Assembly (NCBI RefSeq): GCF_009914755.1
Contig: NC_060947.1
Direction: 5' to 3' (one strand)
Length of the DNA stretch: 64,000 nucleotides
Source: the human T2T-CHM13v2.0 reference genome, Homo sapiens
Positions 58,941 to 64,000 of this stretch are shown piece after piece. Below the pieces are notes generated by a model that saw only the letters and a program-made list of their open reading frames with translations, did not search any database and was not told where the DNA came from. How positions within the stretch are numbered: the stretch's first letter is position 1; every line of letters begins with the position of its first letter. The position numbers were made by a program, and so were the translations under genes.

Positions 58941-60524
58941 TGCCTAAAATACCAGTTATGCCTATCTCTGGATTATTAGATTATGGAAGATTTTGATTTT
59001 CCTTTTTGTACTTTTGTATTTTTTCCAAGTTTTCCATACCACTTTTATAATGAAGGAAATATAAACAACTAAAATGACTTTTAAAGAGGGCCTGAAAACC
59101 TTGCATGCTTATAAGATTGAAATCTGATTTAAACACTTAATTACATAGAAAATCATTCTTTTATAGTTATTACAAAGGCAAATCTCAGTTCCACATCCAT
59201 CTTGACTATCAGAGATTCTGAATTAGCCGTTTCTAGATAAAGGAGGTGTTACTGCAACTGATAAGAGTGGTGGTGTGAAAGTACTATCTCAGACAAATGG
59301 AGTCTAATTTCTTTAAGGATCCTGTGGCTAGGTACTCTAATCTCTTTAGACCTTTTCCCACTCCCTGATTCTGTATCACCAATTTTTTTATCTCCATCCG
59401 AAATCTCTAAAGATCTATTTGTGTTACCGACACACAGTGAAGTAGTGTTAGAATTTTTGATTATTGATTTATGTAAATGTTTTCAATTGGTTTGCTATGC
59501 AAAAGATCTATAATAAAATCCTGATAGTTCAACTGAAATTTTTGATTGTATAAATGTGTTTACTAGTCACGTTCCCAAATCCTTCAAATAACTTTCAACT
59601 TGCAGCAGTGCTTTGTATGCAACATAATTAACTTCTCTATATCATGCACACATTTTTAATTTTACAAATGGTTTGCACAAATGTGTACTGCCTTTTCCCA
59701 GAACTTTCCAAGAGTGTATGAATTTCCTGTAAACCAATATCTGAAATATGAAAGCAATGAGAAATTCTTTGCCAGTAAAAGCCCTGCAAAATACTATGGG
59801 GAAGAGTGTGGCCTATAACTGAAGAAAGTAGAGTGCCGTGCGAGTATTGTCTCAAAACAATGTTTTCAATGTGGGTAACTCAAAAAGGATACTTCAAAGC
59901 ATAATGCATTTAAATATTCCAAAATCTCAAAGATAAGCTTATCTAGATACACAAAGTGCCAGCACATAGCACTTTCCTGGAAAGTGCATGTTATTGTAGG
60001 TTGTAATTTTATAGATTCTGATTCTGAGGTTTGGGGCATTTTCATTTGGGAAATCGAATGAATGAATAAAGAGAACTGTAAAATGCTAAATGGTGTGCTC
60101 TCTCACTGATTCATTTGAGAGTTACTTTCTTATATAATTTCTTCATGCATCAATGGAAGAATAGGTCCCATAGAATTTTTTTTTAGCCAGCAAATAAAAA
60201 TATTAATGCATGCATATTGGAGCATAGTCAACATTCTTTTTGTAGATCACAAAGCTATAATTGTATTTTTTTCCATTGGGCACGAATGCCATAGTTATTT
60301 TTCTACTTTTAATTTAAAAGATTAAAAGTCATTTCCACCCAAGTGTATCTTTTTCAGATTTGAGTCAGATGCCCCACTGCTTCGATGTGTCATGCCTAGT
60401 TCTCACAATCGTTTTGCATAGTAAGTCAGTCAGGTTATATTTTGCCACAGATCTATTATTGTAAATTCTAAATAATAAGGAATTCCTCATGCTAGAGGCA
60501 AAAACAAACAAACCTTTTTTCTGA

Positions 60525-60630
60525 TTCCTTTCTTTTCTTTTCTATTTCATTCCTTCCTTCCTTCCTTCCTCCTCTTTCTTTCCTTTTTCTTTCGTCTTTC
60601 TTTTCTTTCTCTCTCTCTTTCTTTCTTTCC
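60525..60630. repeat. TC-rich polypyrimidine low-complexity tract
   Basis: (TTCC)n/(TTTC)n seen directly. Confidence 0.9.
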
Positions 60631-61876
60631 TAATAAAAATAGTTATATAAACATACATGATAAAATTCTAATTTAAGGCTCAATACACAGTAAACACTGA
60701 ATCTTGACTCTCATGAAAGAAACTATTATAGACACTATTTCATTTTGAATGATTCTGTCTTAGAGATCATCCATCCATTAATTGATACTTCTTTGAATAC
60801 CAGATTAAATATACATTCCTGATTTAAAATAACAGGGAGATATACAAACTTTAATATTCACTTAAACATTTATATGAACAGGTCTCCATATATGTCAGTG
60901 GACAGACTTTTTTTGTATGTGAGGGTAAGAGAACATATACAACCAGGAAGTAATTCAATCATATCAATTACTCAATATCTGAACTTGCATTTTTAAAACA
61001 AAATATTTCTATCTGTACTGAAAAGTGAATGGAAGAACACTAAATGTTAATAGTGTTTATGTGTAGGTGGCAGGATTTGAAGATATTTTTTTCTTCTTTT
61101 TCCTTGCCTGTATTTCTCAATAGAAGACATGTTGCTATAAGAATAAGCAAAAACAGAGGAACAACAACACAACAATATTTACCGAAACCACAACACCTGC
61201 ATTTTAAAACACAACTGGATGGCAACAGTGTAAATATTTTCAGAATGTAAGAAAAACTCAAATATAACAATGATACCAAATACTGATCTAGGAAGATACA
61301 TTTATTCATATAACATTTGACAGAGCAAGGGAGTCCCACCCTTAGCTGAGCTATTAAATAATTCTTCCTGTGAGAAAATAAGAACATTTACTTATTCCAG
61401 GTACCTTACCTCCCATTTCTTCCTTTGGTATGGCCCACTGCAGTTTCTGCAGCATTGTTTTCCAGGTAGGCTAAAATTACTTCATGCTGACTGTATTCCT
61501 AGAATATCTCGAATAATACTCCCCTTGTACCTTTAGCAATAGATGAAGCTTTTTATGTAATTTAGAGGTAATACGCGCAGTTAGCCACTCCTTAGGAGTA
61601 AGTTACAAGTTTAGAGAGCCCACTAAGGTACTAACCTCTTCAAGCAGTTATGCCTTAAGTAGCCTAAAAACATTAATATACCTCCTTAACCATTTCATTC
61701 ACTCCCCAGGGACTTAAGCACAGGAGCGTATATGGCCAAATATATTTTATTTTATTCATTGTGTTTATAATGCCTACTACTCTCTAGGCACACATAAATA
61801 TTGTACAAAAATCTGGTTTGTATAAAGTCAGCTTTGATCAAGAAAGGGTTTGTTGATAAGGTTCAAAACCCGCTTA

Positions 61877-63289
61877 TGAGAGGTGACAGCGTGCTGGCAG
61901 TCCTCACAGCCCTCGCTCGCTCTCAGCACCTCCTCTGCCTGGGCTCCCACTTTGGCGGCACTTGAGGAGCCCTTCAGCCCACCGCTGCACTGTGGGAGCC
62001 CCTTTCTGGGCTGGCCAAGGCCAGAGCCGGCTCCCTCAGCTTGCAGGGAGGTGTGGAGGGAGAGGCGCGAGCGGGAACCGGGGCTGCGTTCGGTGCTTGG
62101 GGGCCAGCTGGAGTTCCGGGTGGGCGTGGGCTTGGCGGGCCCCACACTCGGAGCAGCCGGCCGGCCCTGTCAGCCCCGGGCAATGAGGGGCTTAGCACTC
62201 AGGCCAGCGGCTGCGGAGGGTGTACTGGGTCCCCCAGCAGTGCCAGCCCACCGGCGCTGCGCTCCATTTCTCACCGGGCCTCAGCTGCCTTCCCGCCTGG
62301 CAGGGCTCGGGACCTGCAGCCCGCCATGCCTGAGCCTCCCACCCACTCCATGGGCTCCTGTGCAGCCCGAGCCTCCCCGACGAGCACCGCCCTCTGCTCC
62401 ACGGCGCCCAGTCCCATCGACCACCCAAGGGCTGAGGAGTGCGGGACTGGCAGGCAGATCCACCTGCAGCCCCAGTGCGAGATCCACTGGGTGAAGTCAG
62501 CTGGGCTCCTGAGTCTGGTGGGGACGTGGAGAACCTTTATGTCTAGCTCAGGGATTGTAAATATACCAATCGGCACTCTGTATCTAGCTCAAGGTTTGTA
62601 AACACACCAATCAGCACCCTGTGTCTAGCTCAGGGTTTGTGAATGCACCAATCGACACTCTGTATCTAGCTACTCTGGTGGGGCCTTGGAGAACCTTTGT
62701 GTGGAGGCTCTGTATCTAGCTAATCTGGTGAGGATGTGGAGAACCTTTGTGTCTAGCTCAGGGATTGTAAACGCACCAATCAGCGCCCTGTCTAAACAGA
62801 CCGCTGGGCCCTACCAATCAGCAGGATGTGGGTGGGGCCAGATAAGAGAAAGCAGGCTGCCCGAGCCAGCAGTGGCAACCCGCTGGGGTCCCCTTCCACA
62901 CTGTGGAAGCTTTGTTCTTTCGCTCTTTGCAATAAATCTTGCTACTGCTCACTCTTTGGGTCCACACTGCTTTTATGAGCTATAACACTCACCACGAAGG
63001 TCTGCAGCTTCACTCCTGAAGCCAGGGAGGCCATGAGCCCACCGCGAGGAACGAACAACTCCAGACGCGCCGCCTTAAGAGCTGTAACACTCACCGCGAA
63101 GGTCTGCAGCTTCACTCCTGAGCCAGCGAGACCACGAACCCACCAGAAGGAAGAAACTCCGAACACATCCGAACATCAGAAGAAACAAACTCCAGACGCG
63201 CCACCTTAAGAGCTGTAACACTCACCGCGAGGGTCCGCGGCTTCATTCTTGAAGTCAGTGAGACCAAGAACCCACCAATTCCGGACACA
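61877..63289 (+). mobile_element. LTR12C (ERV9) solo LTR
   Basis: TGAGAGGTGACAGCGTGCTGGC start and CCGGACACA end; 4-bp TSD CTTA at 61873-61876 and 63290-63293; CpG-rich U3, tandem TCTAGCT/CCAATC repeats, AATAAA at 62931-62936. Confidence 0.96.
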
Positions 63290-64000
63290 CTTATACTTTT
63301 TTTGTTAATCTCAAGCTCCTATTTGGAAGCTTCCACTGCACAATTATGGGCTAGAAAGGGCTTGTCCTTCAGTAAGGGAAATGATTTTAAAGCTCCAGCT
63401 TAAGTCCTTGATTTAAATTGAATGAAAGTCTCCAAATCCCACCAATGTGCTGCTTTGCATATCAGAAGGTTTCTTGCTGGGCTGGAAAGGTGGATCTGTA
63501 TTTGAGCATTTGGTGCCAGTAAAAAATGTCACAAAGTAAGCAGAGTCTAAAGGGTTTTCTTCCAAAATAAAAATAATTACTTTCATCCCACATCACTGTT
63601 CTGACTTAGGTTCTTTTTCAAAATGCTCTTCCCCTTTTTTTGGTCAGTAACCTAATAATATCTTTGTGAGGGCAGTGAGACCTAAGTTTTCAATTCCTTA
63701 TTTAATAACATCTTTATAATCTTCTTTCATCCTTAACATTACTATACTGACTGCTGATATGTTTTCTTCTTATAACCATGTGCTTAACAAGGTCATGGTA
63801 CTTTGGTTTCTTTTTGTTAGCTGCCTGTGAATGGAAATACCTGGGGCAGTTTTACGCAGTGTTGTTTGTTTTAATTGTAATGTTACTGACAAATGTTTTT
63901 TATGAAGTAACAGTAGTTGGAAACTATCAATGAAGGTTATTGTCTTTTTAATGCTATAAATGTTTCAGTGTGAAACATTTATAATACAAAGTGCATCAGC

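Noticed and set aside
61828-63166. Multiple 70-203-aa ORFs
   Set aside because: All lie within the GC-rich LTR12C and are typical LTR artefacts.
62530-63260. Regularly spaced repeats superficially like a CRISPR array
   Set aside because: These are the known tandem U3/U5 subrepeats of LTR12C; the context is eukaryotic, with no unique spacers or cas genes.

Overview
Primate (almost certainly human) genomic DNA: AT-rich, with AluJ/S/Y, L1PA/PB, THE1/MST and LTR12C elements. I find no supported protein-coding exon. The only gene architecture is a ~3 kb CpG island (~9.3-12.6 kb). It looks like the promoter and long non-coding, uORF-containing first exon of a minus-strand gene (donor at 10192), with further candidate 5'UTR exons at 9366-9190 and ~9020-8701. 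A candidate plus-strand antisense terminal exon at 8345-~8745 overlaps these. The layout resembles my recollection of the HS3ST5/HDAC2-AS2 locus, but I could not confirm this from sequence, so no symbol is given. Positions ~1.5-8.3 kb are nearly repeat-free intron; 14-64 kb is repeat-rich upstream DNA. The most unusual structures are: a 67-bp-arm inverted repeat at 44025-44184; a twin-primed, internally deleted L1 with apparent serial 3' transductions (20620-21674); an internally primed L1 with no poly(A) tail (44435-45002); coupled TAATG uORFs in exon 1; a strong-Kozak 72-aa smORF in the antisense exon; and a solo LTR12C missing its TATA-like box. I see no convincing wholly new biological system. 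Repeat subfamily names come from memory of consensus sequences and need RepeatMasker/Dfam confirmation.
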